Notes under the pieces: model-generated
Told to the model about the DNA's origin: nothing
What the model saw: only the letters and a program-made list of their open reading frames with translations
The model's database searches: none
Part shown: one piece after another, positions 46,909 through 56,869 of the stretch
How the letters are laid out: each line of letters begins with the position of its first letter
How positions within the stretch are numbered: position 1 is the stretch's first letter
Assembly (NCBI GenBank): GCA_002422165.1
Contig: DITQ01000008.1
Location: 125,082 to 189,081 of the forward strand
DNA length: 64,000 nucleotides
Direction of reading: 5' to 3'
Origin: Candidatus Pacebacteria bacterium UBA6180
GTDB taxonomy: Bacteria; Patescibacteriota; Microgenomatia; UBA1400; PJMF01
Made by a program: the position numbers and the translations under genes

Positions 46909-47148
46909 GTCGCAATTTTTGCATGTGTTAGCTTACTCTTCATCTTGCCCTGATTTTTTCTTTTGCGCTATCTCATCTTTTTCTCTACGTTTCATGTGGC
47001 AACGACTATCGTGGGGCTTGAGAGATTTAATATATAGTCAATAAACTATCCTCATCTCCAGAATAAAGATTTCTAAGCTCATCAGGAATCATCCTCTCAG
47101 CCTCAACAGCGCTAGGAGTAGACCATCTTTTTTCCACATACTAAGATC

Positions 47149-47175
47149 AAAAAACCCGCCTCTCTTTGGACGGGT
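47149..47175 (-). terminator. Intrinsic terminator
   Basis: Minus ACCCGTC-CAAAGAGA-GGCGGGT-TTTTT. Confidence 0.6.
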
Positions 47176-47282
47176 GTTCCTATTTGTGTTTGTTTAATTT
47201 ATATTTTTACAACCAATTTCGCACCAGCTGTTTTTTGCTTTGCAAAAAGCAGAGAGCAGAAATATAATCAGCCTAGCAAAAA

Positions 47283-48389
47283 ATGCTCAAATTATTTCTC
47301 TCTATTTTTATTTTAATCTCTATCAGTAGTTTGTCTTTCGTCCTTGGTCATTTTTATGACAAACTAGCCAAGCTACCAACTACACCTCATTTTTTTCAAG
47401 TGCAACCCACTCCCAAACCGCTGCCCTTGCTTGCTTACACGATTGAAAAGCTGAGTCAACAAGAAGTCAAGGCCACTTCCCCCCTCCAAGTCGAAAAACT
47501 TCTCAATCACGACCCTATCGCCAACCTCTACACTTTGCTTTTTACCTACCAAAGCCAGGGAAAACAAATTTCTGGCGCCCTCAACCTCCAGTTGGATGAG
47601 GCGACTACTGCCAGCCCAAGCGCCATGCCTGTCATTCTCATGTTGCGCGGCTATGCGCCTCTCGAAGTTTACTATTCAGGCATAGGCACCAAAAGCGCCG
47701 CTAGTGTTTTCGCTCAGGCAGGCTACGTCACTCTGGCGCCAGATTTCCTAGGCTACGGCGAGAGCGATCCTGAGCCAGACGATACCTGGGAAGCACGCTT
47801 TATCAAGCCTCTTAATATTCTGGATTTGCTGGCCACGCTACAAAAATTCCCCATTCTCGATCTAAGCAAAATCGAGGAGTCTCCCCTCAAATCAATTTCC
47901 CTAGACCCTGCGCACCTCGGTGTTTGGGCCCACAGCAATGGTGGCCAAATTGCAGTCACCACTCTGGAGATTCTTGGCCAAAATCTACCCACCACCCTCT
48001 GGGCGCCAGTTTTGGCGCCTTTTCCTTATTCGATTCTCTACTTCAGTGATGAATATGAGGACGAGGGCAAAGAAACTCGCAAGTATGTGGCGCTGTTTGA
48101 AGCCGACTATGATGTCTTCGATTTCTCTCTGACTCGCCACCTTGATCGCTTGCATGGACCCATCCAAATTCACCACGGCGGTCGCGATGACGCTGCCTTA
48201 CTTAGTTGGAGCGAAGAGTTTTTGGCCAAAGTCGATTTGGAAAATCAGCGCCGAGCGACAGCGAGCGCCTTGACGGAGGAATTGGAAATCAAGCTGTATC
48301 GTTACCCAAGCGCCGACCATAATTTGCAACCCAATTGGAATGAAGCGATTCAGAGAGATTTGGGGTTTTTTGCGGAAAATCTTAACTAA
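47283..48389 (+). CDS. Membrane-anchored alpha/beta hydrolase (S9 peptidase-like)
   Basis: N-terminal TM; APDFLGYGES, WAHSNGG nucleophile elbow, HHGGRDD, ADHN; promoter TTGCAA-17-TATAAT. Confidence 0.85.
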   Translation: MLKLFLSIFILISISSLSFVLGHFYDKLAKLPTTPHFFQVQPTPKPLPLLAYTIEKLSQQEVKATSPLQVEKLLNHDPIANLYTLLFTYQSQGKQISGALNLQLDEATTASPSAMPVILMLRGYAPLEVYYSGIGTKSAASVFAQAGYVTLAPDFLGYGESDPEPDDTWEARFIKPLNILDLLATLQKFPILDLSKIEESPLKSISLDPAHLGVWAHSNGGQIAVTTLEILGQNLPTTLWAPVLAPFPYSILYFSDEYEDEGKETRKYVALFEADYDVFDFSLTRHLDRLHGPIQIHHGGRDDAALLSWSEEFLAKVDLENQRRATASALTEELEIKLYRYPSADHNLQPNWNEAIQRDLGFFAENLN

Positions 48390-49525
48390 CCCTTCAAAAG
48401 CTTCGGCTTCTCGCCATCGTCCAACAGCTCCACCGAGCTGCCGCGATATTGTTCGATTTTGGCAATTCTTTTTTCCATTTGTTTCTTGCGGGTGCCAGTC
48501 AGAGTATCGTAATTCTTTTGCAAACTCTCGATGCTGCGACCAAATTTGGCAAATTCTTCGTCGAAGCGCAACCATTCAGTCGCGAATGCGTCAATCTGCT
48601 TGATCACTTCTTTGATCTTCTTACCAACCATAAAATTGCGGTAACTCTCCATGACGGTGCGAGCCACTATCAGGAAGCTAAAAGGCGAACAGATAATAAC
48701 CTTTTTTGCCAAGGCCTCATCGATAATGTCAGGAAATTTCTGATTGATGAAGGAGAAAAGCGCCTCGTTGGGAACAAACATAATCGCGTAGTCAAGAGTA
48801 TCGTTTTCTGGTGAAATATATTCGGCCACTTTGTCAACTTTTGCCTTGAGATCTCGCTTGAACTGTTGGACGTGAACTTGCTTATCACTCTGGCTTTCAG
48901 CGACGGACATTTTTTGAACTTCCTGGTAGGGGAACTTGACATCGACCGGCACCACGCGTTTGTCTGGCAGAAGCAAAGTGATGTCCGGCTTCATCACCGA
49001 GTCACCCAACTTGGCCTGGCGCAAATAATGAATCCCCTCTTGCAAACCATTGGCTTGCAGCAAGTCTTCAATGATCCGCTCGCCCCAAGCTCCACGAGTC
49101 TGATTGTTAGAGAGCACTTTCGCCAAGGCCTCGGTGGACACCTTCAGCTCCTTGGTTAGCTGGCGGTGTTCTTCGACAGCGGTACTGACTTTGCTAATTT
49201 TATCGATCTGGTCTTTCTCGATGTTGCGAATTTCCTGCTGTTGCTCGTTCATTTCAGAGCGCAGTTCCTTGATCATTTTTTCCATCATTGCCTGTTTGTT
49301 AGCCAAATCATTCTTGATGACATCTTTCTCAGAAGACAAGGCCTGCTTGCTCTGCTCGACGAGCTTATTGGCAGTCATCCCAAACACCTTGTGTACCATG
49401 TTTTCTAGTTCCACCTCGTCTGCGACAGAGTCTTTGTTTTCCAAAAGTTTCTTGATCGCTAGATAAAAAATCACCAGGGCGGCAATCAACAACAAAAATA
49501 ACAAAAAAAGAGTGGCGTTGGACAT
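48386..49525 (-). CDS. rmuC: DNA recombination protein RmuC
   Basis: TM plus coiled coil, RGAWGE, KPDITLLLP, VDVKFP, YAIMFVPNE. Confidence 0.93.
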   Translation of the reverse strand: MSNATLFLLFLLLIAALVIFYLAIKKLLENKDSVADEVELENMVHKVFGMTANKLVEQSKQALSSEKDVIKNDLANKQAMMEKMIKELRSEMNEQQQEIRNIEKDQIDKISKVSTAVEEHRQLTKELKVSTEALAKVLSNNQTRGAWGERIIEDLLQANGLQEGIHYLRQAKLGDSVMKPDITLLLPDKRVVPVDVKFPYQEVQKMSVAESQSDKQVHVQQFKRDLKAKVDKVAEYISPENDTLDYAIMFVPNEALFSFINQKFPDIIDEALAKKVIICSPFSFLIVARTVMESYRNFMVGKKIKEVIKQIDAFATEWLRFDEEFAKFGRSIESLQKNYDTLTGTRKKQMEKRIAKIEQYRGSSVELLDDGEKPKLLKG

Positions 49526-49547
49526 ATGAGTCTACTATACTGGAGAA
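49526..49547. promoter_or_regulatory. Overlapping divergent -10 boxes in a 22-bp gap
   Basis: Plus TATACT 49536-49541, 6 nt before ATG 49548. Minus TATAGT 49539-49534, 8 nt before ATG 49525. Confidence 0.6.
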
Positions 49548-50042
49548 ATGGACAAGATCCAAGCCAAATCGAGACTCAAAAAGCCACTCAACAAGCCTCC
49601 AGCTCCCAATCCTACCCCTGCGCCCTCTAGGCTGGCAAAGCTGATCAAACCTCCAAGGAAGGTCAAGGAACAAAATAAGCGCCTGCAAGCTTACGGTCGC
49701 TACATTATTTGCCTCGTCATCGCCATGATGTCTTACTACGGGCTATTTTTCCTGATGAGTCAAGTTTATCCTAGCCAAATTCAACATTTTCTATGGACCA
49801 ACAGCTATTTGCCTTTCTTTACCTTGCTCTTCGTTGGTAATTTTTTCTTGCTAACTTTTTTGTTTTTGGATAAAAAAATCGGCTTCTACTTGGCAATCTG
49901 GCTCAATTTGGTCATTTATTTAAAAATTAGCCAGGTCAGGTTAGACTTTTACAGCCTAGGGTTACTGCTTTTACTAGCTGCGATTTTGCTTTTACCAGAT
50001 ATAATAAGAAATTATGCCAACAACTCAAACAACAAAAGATAG
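49548..50042 (+). CDS. Hypothetical membrane protein
   Basis: Basic Pro-rich N-terminus then about 4 TM; overlaps metG start. Confidence 0.65.
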   Translation: MDKIQAKSRLKKPLNKPPAPNPTPAPSRLAKLIKPPRKVKEQNKRLQAYGRYIICLVIAMMSYYGLFFLMSQVYPSQIQHFLWTNSYLPFFTLLFVGNFFLLTFLFLDKKIGFYLAIWLNLVIYLKISQVRLDFYSLGLLLLLAAILLLPDIIRNYANNSNNKR

Positions 50043-51468
50043 CTTTTACCTCACTACCACTTTGCCCTACGTCAACGCTGCACCACACATTGGATTCGCC
50101 TTGGAAATCATCGAGGCGGACGTGATCGCTCGCCACCAGAGAGAAATTCTCGGCACAGAAGTCATTTTTAACACTGGTACCGACGAACATGGTCAAAAAA
50201 TTTGGGAAAAGGCGGTTGAGCGAGGCTTGGAGCCTCAAGTTTATTGTGATAGGTGGGCGGCTAAATTCTCAGAACTCAAGGAGATGCTTAATTTGAGTTT
50301 TGACCACTTCATTCGCACCACTGATGACAAGCACGTCGCTGCTGCCCAAGAATTCTGGCGCCGCTGCGACAAAAATGGAGACATTTACAAAGCCAAATAT
50401 CAAATTAAATATTGCGTCGGCTGCGAATTAGCCAAGACTGAAAGCGAGTTGGCTGAGGGACGCTGTCCACTACACCCCAAGCAAGAAATCGAGTTGCGCG
50501 AGGAAGAAAATTACTTTTTTCGCTTTAGCAAATACCAAGACAAATTACTTGAACTTTACGAACAAAACCCGAATTTTGTCAAACCCAAGCATCGCTTGCG
50601 AGAAATTCAGGCTTTTGTCACTGCAGGCCTCGAGGATTTCAGCATCTCACGCCTAAAGAGTAAAATGCCTTGGGGCATCGCTGTGCCTGACGACAACAAA
50701 CATGTCATGTATGTTTGGTTCGACGCTCTGGTCAACTACATTTCTACACTAGATTGGCCGCAGGATCAGGCCAAGTTTGAACGCTTCTGGCCAGGCATAC
50801 AACTAGCTGGCAAAGACAACTTGCGCCAACAATCAGCCATGTGGCAAGCAATGCTGCTCTCCGCTCAGCTGCCACCAAGCAAACAAATCCTTATCAACGG
50901 TTTTATTGGTGTCGATGGCCAGAAAATGAGCAAGTCGCTTGGCAACGTCATTAGTCCTCAACAACTAATAGAGCGCTATGGCATTGATGCCGCTCGCTAT
51001 CTACTAATCAATTTGGGCACTTTTGGTGAAGACATGGATGTAAGCTTTGAGAAATTAGATATCAATTACAACGCTGCACTAGCCAACGGTCTTGGCAACC
51101 TCTGTTCACGGGTCGCCAAAATGGCTGAACAGGTCGACTTGAGTGCTTCGACCAAAAAACCCGCAGCCCCAGAGCAATATTTAAGCTTGATGAAAAATTT
51201 CCAGCTCAATGAAACACTGAATTTTGTGTTAGAACAAATTGGCGAGACAGATAAATTCCTCGCAGAGCACAAACCTTGGCAAAAGGAAGAGCAAGAGAAA
51301 AAACAAATTCTAGCGAAAGCAGTCGAAAAAATTAAAGTAATTGCTTTGATGTTGCAGCCTTTCATGCCCACAACTGCTATCATCATCAACAAGCATTTTA
51401 CTGGCCAAATCCAAGCTTTTGCTGCTGGCCTTTTCCCGAGAATTGAAGCCGCCAAAACCAGTAAATAA
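50014..51468 (+). CDS. metG: Methionine--tRNA ligase (short form)
   Basis: YVNAAPHIG, GTDEHG, CVGC/CPLH knuckle, YVWFDAL, KMSKSLGN. Confidence 0.97.
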   Translation: MPTTQTTKDSFYLTTTLPYVNAAPHIGFALEIIEADVIARHQREILGTEVIFNTGTDEHGQKIWEKAVERGLEPQVYCDRWAAKFSELKEMLNLSFDHFIRTTDDKHVAAAQEFWRRCDKNGDIYKAKYQIKYCVGCELAKTESELAEGRCPLHPKQEIELREEENYFFRFSKYQDKLLELYEQNPNFVKPKHRLREIQAFVTAGLEDFSISRLKSKMPWGIAVPDDNKHVMYVWFDALVNYISTLDWPQDQAKFERFWPGIQLAGKDNLRQQSAMWQAMLLSAQLPPSKQILINGFIGVDGQKMSKSLGNVISPQQLIERYGIDAARYLLINLGTFGEDMDVSFEKLDINYNAALANGLGNLCSRVAKMAEQVDLSASTKKPAAPEQYLSLMKNFQLNETLNFVLEQIGETDKFLAEHKPWQKEEQEKKQILAKAVEKIKVIALMLQPFMPTTAIIINKHFTGQIQAFAAGLFPRIEAAKTSK

Positions 51469-51474
51469 CCTGCC

Positions 51475-52281
51475 ATGCAACTTTTTGACACTCATTGCCA
51501 CTATAATCTCGAGCCTCTGCTCGCAAATTGGCAGAAACTTTGGGGTGATAGTCAACAAGCAGGAATAAATCGAAGTTTAATTGTCGGAACCACTTTGGCT
51601 AGCAGCCAATTAGCTGTCGAGCAAGCCTCAAGCGACGAGCGGCTTTACGCCTCCTTAGGCATTCACCCAGGCCATGTAGATCAAGCTGCTGATCTGGAGC
51701 AAGCAGTGAGTGAACTTAAAAAAATGGCAGCGAATAAACAAGTAATCGCCTTCGGCGAGGTAGGCTTGGATTATTATCATTTGTCAAATAATCTAGACCA
51801 GCAAGCAATTAAAATCGAACAAAAACACCTTTTCCTCGCCATGATTAATTTGGCTAAAGAAGCTAATTTGCCACTCATTTTACATGTCCGCGATCGAGGT
51901 GAAGCAGCCTATTTTGAAACCTTAGAGCTTTTGGAGAAGCATTGGTCCTTCGAGCAAGCAATAATTTTTCACTGCGTTTCTGGCCCTCTTGAATACGTGC
52001 GTCGTGCTCTGGCGATGAAAAATAGCTATTTTGGCTTCGATGGCAACTTGACTTTCAAAAACGCACATTACCAGCGAGAAATTTTCGAGCTGGTGCAACA
52101 AGCCGATTCCCGCAAAATTCTACTCGAGACCGATGCGCCTTACTTGGCTCCTGAGCCTTACCGTGGACAAGTCTGCGAACCTGCGATGATTACTTCAACC
52201 GCTAATTTTGCAGGACAAAAATTAGGTTTAGACTTAAACCTAACCTACCAAAATTCGCTGCGCGCCTTTGGCCTTTTATAG
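51475..52281 (+). CDS. tatD: TatD family hydrolase
   Basis: DTHCH, GIHP, GEVGLD, LHVR, FHC, ETDAPY. Confidence 0.94.
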   Translation: MQLFDTHCHYNLEPLLANWQKLWGDSQQAGINRSLIVGTTLASSQLAVEQASSDERLYASLGIHPGHVDQAADLEQAVSELKKMAANKQVIAFGEVGLDYYHLSNNLDQQAIKIEQKHLFLAMINLAKEANLPLILHVRDRGEAAYFETLELLEKHWSFEQAIIFHCVSGPLEYVRRALAMKNSYFGFDGNLTFKNAHYQREIFELVQQADSRKILLETDAPYLAPEPYRGQVCEPAMITSTANFAGQKLGLDLNLTYQNSLRAFGLL

Positions 52282-52303
52282 AGTTATAGGATAAAATACA
52301 ACG

Positions 52304-53800
52304 ATGGTCAGAAATTACTTTCGCCGCCACCCCATCCGCACCAGAAGAGCTTTGGAGATTTTGCCTGGCGCCTTTTCCTGGTTTTTGATCCTTTTTCCGA
52401 TCTGGGGCTCCTTCGTAATTCCACAAGCCGTCGCCTACTACGTGATTATTTTCGCCGTTTATTGGCTGTACCGCTCATTGATGCTGACTTTTTTCGCCAC
52501 TATCTCGCACTTCAAAATTCGCGCTTTCAGCAAATATGATCACATTCCTGAACTCAAGGCGCGTTTCAAGGACAAGTGGGACCAAATTCACCACATCATC
52601 GTTATTCCGACTTACCAAGAACCAGTCGCAACGTTAGAAAGAACGCTGGAAGGCCTAAGCAAGCAAACTTTTCCAAAAAGCAATCTTCACATCATGCTCT
52701 CTTTCGAAGAACGAGAAGGGGCAGTGGTTGATGAAAAAGCCAAGGTATTGCTCAAAAAATTTGGCAGAGTCTTTGGCCACCTCTGGGTCAGCAAACACCC
52801 CGACGTCGTCGGCGAGATCAAAGGTAAATCTTCCAACACTTGCTATGGCGCCAAAGCTGCCAAAGCGCTTTTAGTTGACCAAGAAGGGATGCCAATCGAA
52901 AACATCACCATCACCAGTGAAGATGCGGACGCCATTTTTCACCCCCACTATTTTTCTTACCTGACCCACTCTTTCCTAACTAGCGAAAAGCCTTACAACC
53001 GCAGCTGGCAGGGCGGAATTAGTTTCTACAACAATATCTGGCGCGTGCCTGCGCCGATTCGCGTCTTGGCTGCCATTCAATCAGTAATGCAGATTTACAT
53101 TTTGTCACGCAAAGATCGCCTGATTAATTTTTCAACTTACTCGACTACCCTCAAGCATGTCGACGAAATTGGCTACTGGGACACCGACGTTATTCCTGAG
53201 GATTACCGGCTTTTCTTCAAATCTTACTTCGCCAAAAAAGGCGACTTCGAGGTCGAGCCGATTTATCTACCCATCTACGCTGATGCTGTTCAGGCCGATG
53301 GTTTCTGGCGCACAATGCACAACCAATATGAACAAATCAAGCGCTGGGCCTGGGGAGTTAGTGACGACGCCTACATCATTCGCCAGTATGTCTTGACTGA
53401 AGGTTTGCCTTTTTGGGATAAAACTATTCGCGTCCTTAAGGTTATAGAAGACCATTTCCTCTGGCCAGTCAACTGGTTTGCGGTAACCGTTTCTGCCATG
53501 TTGCCCCCCCTGCTCAATGATGAATTCAACCGCACTATCATCGGTAAAACTTTGCCTCAAGTCACCTCCACTTTATTGACCTTGTCGCTGATCGCTATGC
53601 TGACCATCTTCATTATTGATTCAAGCAATCGCCCCGCGCACCACAACAAGCGCGGTTTCTTTTCCTACCTAATGCAGCCGCTTGAATTCATTTTAATACC
53701 GGTGATTGGCTTTTTCTTCTCTGCCTTACCAGGCATTGACGCTCACACTCGGCTGATGCTTGGTAAATACATGGAGTACAAGGTAACGGAAAAAGTCTAA
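52304..53800 (+). CDS. Membrane-embedded processive-type GT2 (cellulose-synthase-like)
   Basis: N- and C-terminal TMs; IPTYQE, KGKSSN, EDAD, PED, QIKRW (D,D,D,QxxRW). Confidence 0.85.
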   Translation: MVRNYFRRHPIRTRRALEILPGAFSWFLILFPIWGSFVIPQAVAYYVIIFAVYWLYRSLMLTFFATISHFKIRAFSKYDHIPELKARFKDKWDQIHHIIVIPTYQEPVATLERTLEGLSKQTFPKSNLHIMLSFEEREGAVVDEKAKVLLKKFGRVFGHLWVSKHPDVVGEIKGKSSNTCYGAKAAKALLVDQEGMPIENITITSEDADAIFHPHYFSYLTHSFLTSEKPYNRSWQGGISFYNNIWRVPAPIRVLAAIQSVMQIYILSRKDRLINFSTYSTTLKHVDEIGYWDTDVIPEDYRLFFKSYFAKKGDFEVEPIYLPIYADAVQADGFWRTMHNQYEQIKRWAWGVSDDAYIIRQYVLTEGLPFWDKTIRVLKVIEDHFLWPVNWFAVTVSAMLPPLLNDEFNRTIIGKTLPQVTSTLLTLSLIAMLTIFIIDSSNRPAHHNKRGFFSYLMQPLEFILIPVIGFFFSALPGIDAHTRLMLGKYMEYKVTEKV

Positions 53801-53840
53801 AGACTTGCTTTTATTGCCGCCATCCCGCTAAAATGAAGTC

Positions 53841-55427
53841 ATGAAATTCATCGAACTGCTCAAACGTGCCGACCGCTATTTCGACCGCCAGACACCAATT
53901 CTGGTTTTGTTTTTGCTTATTTTGGCTTTGCGCTTGCCTAATTTTTTCGAACCTTACTGGTACGGCGATGAAGCCATCTACCTGACATTAGGCACTGCTT
54001 TGCGTGAGGGTGGCGCGCTTTACACCACCATTATCGATCACAAGACTCCTCTCATTTATTATTTGGCGATGGTACCTAATCAGTTTTACTTCCGCTTGCT
54101 CAACTTAGTTTGGATGTTGGTAACCACCGCCTTGTTTTTCAAATTTGCCAAAACTTTGTTTAAGAAAACTATTTGGGCCTGGTTGGCAACTTTGGTCATG
54201 GTGCTTTTGACCACCTTGCCGTGGCTGGAGGGTCATATTCCCAATGGGGAATTGTTTGTCATGGGTTTTGTCATGGCAGGGGCCATTTTGTTTACCAAAA
54301 GCGATGTTTGGAAACTATTTTTTAACACCAAAAAAACTACCTTTGTTCGTAATTCGCGCCAAAAAGAAATTTGCTATCTTCTAAGCGCTGGCGCTTTCAT
54401 GGGACTGGGCATTTTGACCAAAGTCCCGGCCATCTTGGACGTGGCTGCTTTTCTAGCTATTTTCTGGCTCATTTTGGCTGGCCAGTTTTTCAACCCTCAA
54501 ACCAAGGCTAAAGAGTTAGGGCAAACTTTTACTTGGTTGCTCAAAAGAGGCTTGATTTTTATGACTGGCTTGCTGCTGCCATTGCTCGCTTCAGTAGTCT
54601 ACTTCGTCGCTGTTGGTAGTGGCCAAGACTACCTAGATTATGGTTTGCTCTACAACTTTCGCTACAGTCAGTCTTGGTCGCTCGATCTAGGCAATGAACT
54701 GCTTAATTTCGCTTTTAGCATGCCGGGCAAAACCATCATCTTGCTGATAGTAGTGATGCTCATCACCCTGAACGTGCGCAAGCTTAAGAAAAGAACTCAA
54801 TTTATCTGCCTCTATTTCCTCTTCACTCTCTATTCTGTGTTGTTGTCTAGCAGACCTTACCCGCACTACTTCATCCAGATGGTGCCAGCTTTGGCTTTGT
54901 TACTTATTGATTTACTGCAAAACTGGAAAGAAGTTAAAGGAACTGCTCTCAAAATCGGCTTAATCGCTGTAACTGCCTATGTAATGCTTAGCCTGGGTTT
55001 TAAACCATATTCAACTGGAGAATATTATAAGAAATTTTGGCAATTTGCCACTTTGAAAATTACCCAAGAAGAATATGAAAACTCCTTCGACAGCAATGTC
55101 AAAGACAACCGTGAAGTCAGCAGGCTTATTCATGAGATGGGGGTCAAGAAAATTTTCATCTGGGGAACCAATCCTCTCCTTTATGCACAAAGCAAAACTG
55201 TACCCACCTCGCGCTTCACTGTTGCTTTTCACATCAAGGACTTCGATGATCAGGCTAGAACTTTTTCTCAGATCGAACGCGAAGAGCCAAAATTAATCGT
55301 CGTCATGAAAAACGAGCGCGACAGCTTCCCGCAACTAGAGGCTTATCTTAGTAAGTATTATCTGCCCAATACCCAGTTTGATAGAATGGTCTTATATCTA
55401 AGACAAGAACTACCTGAGATAAAATAA
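53841..55427 (+). CDS. GT-C fold membrane glycosyltransferase
   Basis: WYGDEAIY, DHKTPLIY, NGELF, YPHYF; multi-TM. Confidence 0.82.
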   Translation: MKFIELLKRADRYFDRQTPILVLFLLILALRLPNFFEPYWYGDEAIYLTLGTALREGGALYTTIIDHKTPLIYYLAMVPNQFYFRLLNLVWMLVTTALFFKFAKTLFKKTIWAWLATLVMVLLTTLPWLEGHIPNGELFVMGFVMAGAILFTKSDVWKLFFNTKKTTFVRNSRQKEICYLLSAGAFMGLGILTKVPAILDVAAFLAIFWLILAGQFFNPQTKAKELGQTFTWLLKRGLIFMTGLLLPLLASVVYFVAVGSGQDYLDYGLLYNFRYSQSWSLDLGNELLNFAFSMPGKTIILLIVVMLITLNVRKLKKRTQFICLYFLFTLYSVLLSSRPYPHYFIQMVPALALLLIDLLQNWKEVKGTALKIGLIAVTAYVMLSLGFKPYSTGEYYKKFWQFATLKITQEEYENSFDSNVKDNREVSRLIHEMGVKKIFIWGTNPLLYAQSKTVPTSRFTVAFHIKDFDDQARTFSQIEREEPKLIVVMKNERDSFPQLEAYLSKYYLPNTQFDRMVLYLRQELPEIK

Positions 55428-55430
55428 AAC

Positions 55431-55811
55431 ATGGAGCTAACTTTTCGAAGTGAAACCAAAACCAAAAACTGGCGCTATCTGCTTTTTTTACCCAAAGAGC
55501 TGCGACCATTAGGAGTCTTGACTCTTGGAATTAGCTTGATCATGTTGTTGATCAGCTTAGCTTTTTACTTTCCCTTGCAGAATCAAGTCCCGCTTTTTTA
55601 TTCACTGCCGAGCGATCAGCAGCTAGTTGATAAAAAATTCCTTTTTATCCTGCCAACTTTATCTATCCTCATCAATTTTTTTCACATGCTGATCATCAAG
55701 TTCAATAAAGAAATTCATGAATATGTATTAAAAATGTTCGTGCATCTAACTTTCCTGCTGCAAATTTTGCTTTTGGCGATTCTGCTTAGAATCATTATAA
55801 TAGTTACCTAA
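55431..55811 (+). CDS. Small membrane protein (DUF1648-like)
   Basis: TM-LQNQVPLFYS-TM-TM. Confidence 0.6.
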   Translation: MELTFRSETKTKNWRYLLFLPKELRPLGVLTLGISLIMLLISLAFYFPLQNQVPLFYSLPSDQQLVDKKFLFILPTLSILINFFHMLIIKFNKEIHEYVLKMFVHLTFLLQILLLAILLRIIIIVT

Positions 55812-56869
55812 TGTGGTCCTTTACTTTGAGTTTCTTTTTGGCGGTGTTGCTTGCTCCACTCGTGATTTATTTCTATCGTAAAAACGCTTGGCTGGATGAC
55901 CCAGAAGTCAACCTTCACGCCAAAAAAACTCATCGTGAAGCCGTGCCGCGCGGTGGAGGAATAGTCATTTTTTTGGCTACTTTCCTAGCAGCAGCCATGC
56001 TGCTAGATTTTGACAAATATTTGTTGGCGATTTTTCTTGGCGCCTCTATTTTGACTTTTGTTGGCCTGCTTGACGATATCCTTGATCTCAATCCATATTT
56101 TCGCCTATTCACCGGTCTTTTTGCTGCCTTGATCGTAGTTGGCGCCGGCATCGGCATCGCCTACGTCAGCAATCCTTTTGGTCCTGGAGTCATTCACCTC
56201 GATCAACCGCGTCTTTACTTCGAGTTGTTTGGGACTGATCATTCTATCTGGCTACTCTCAAGTTTGTTTGCCATTTTTTTCATCGTTTGGAACATGAACA
56301 TCATCAACTGGGCCAAGGGTGTCGATGGCCAGCTACCTGGTTTTGTGGCCGTTTCCTGTCTTTTTATTGCCATTTTGGCGGGCCGTTTCGTCGATGCGCC
56401 GACACAGTTTAATGTCGCTAATTTAGCTCTGATCGTCAGCGGCGCTTTTGCAGGCTTACTAGTCTGGAATTTCTACCCACAGCGTATTATGCCTGGCTAT
56501 GGAGCGGGCTCTCTGGCGGGCTTTTTCTTGAGTGTCTTGGCAATTCTCTCTGGAGCCAAGGTCGCCACTATGCTGATGGTGCTGGCGGTGCCGACTGCAG
56601 ACGGTTTGTTTACCATCTTGCGGCGCTTGCTAGCCGGCAAATCACCTTTTTGGGGCGACCGCGGCCACTTGCACCACAAGCTGATGGACTACTACGGCTG
56701 GGGCAAGCGCCGCATCGCCATCTTTTATATCCTAAGCAGCACTGCTCTTGGAGGACTCTCACTTTTACTTGACAGCACTGGCAAACTCATTGCCATCATC
56801 ACCACCACTGTCATTGTCTTTGCTTTTTTGATATATACTAAGCTTGCTAGCAACAATAAATCAAAATGA
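55811..56869 (+). CDS. wecA: Undecaprenyl-phosphate GlcNAc-1-phosphate transferase (WecA/TagO, MraY family)
   Basis: PRGGG, GLLDD, NWAKGVDG, WNFYPQRIMPG, GDRGHLHH. Confidence 0.88.
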   Translation: MWSFTLSFFLAVLLAPLVIYFYRKNAWLDDPEVNLHAKKTHREAVPRGGGIVIFLATFLAAAMLLDFDKYLLAIFLGASILTFVGLLDDILDLNPYFRLFTGLFAALIVVGAGIGIAYVSNPFGPGVIHLDQPRLYFELFGTDHSIWLLSSLFAIFFIVWNMNIINWAKGVDGQLPGFVAVSCLFIAILAGRFVDAPTQFNVANLALIVSGAFAGLLVWNFYPQRIMPGYGAGSLAGFFLSVLAILSGAKVATMLMVLAVPTADGLFTILRRLLAGKSPFWGDRGHLHHKLMDYYGWGKRRIAIFYILSSTALGGLSLLLDSTGKLIAIITTTVIVFAFLIYTKLASNNKSK

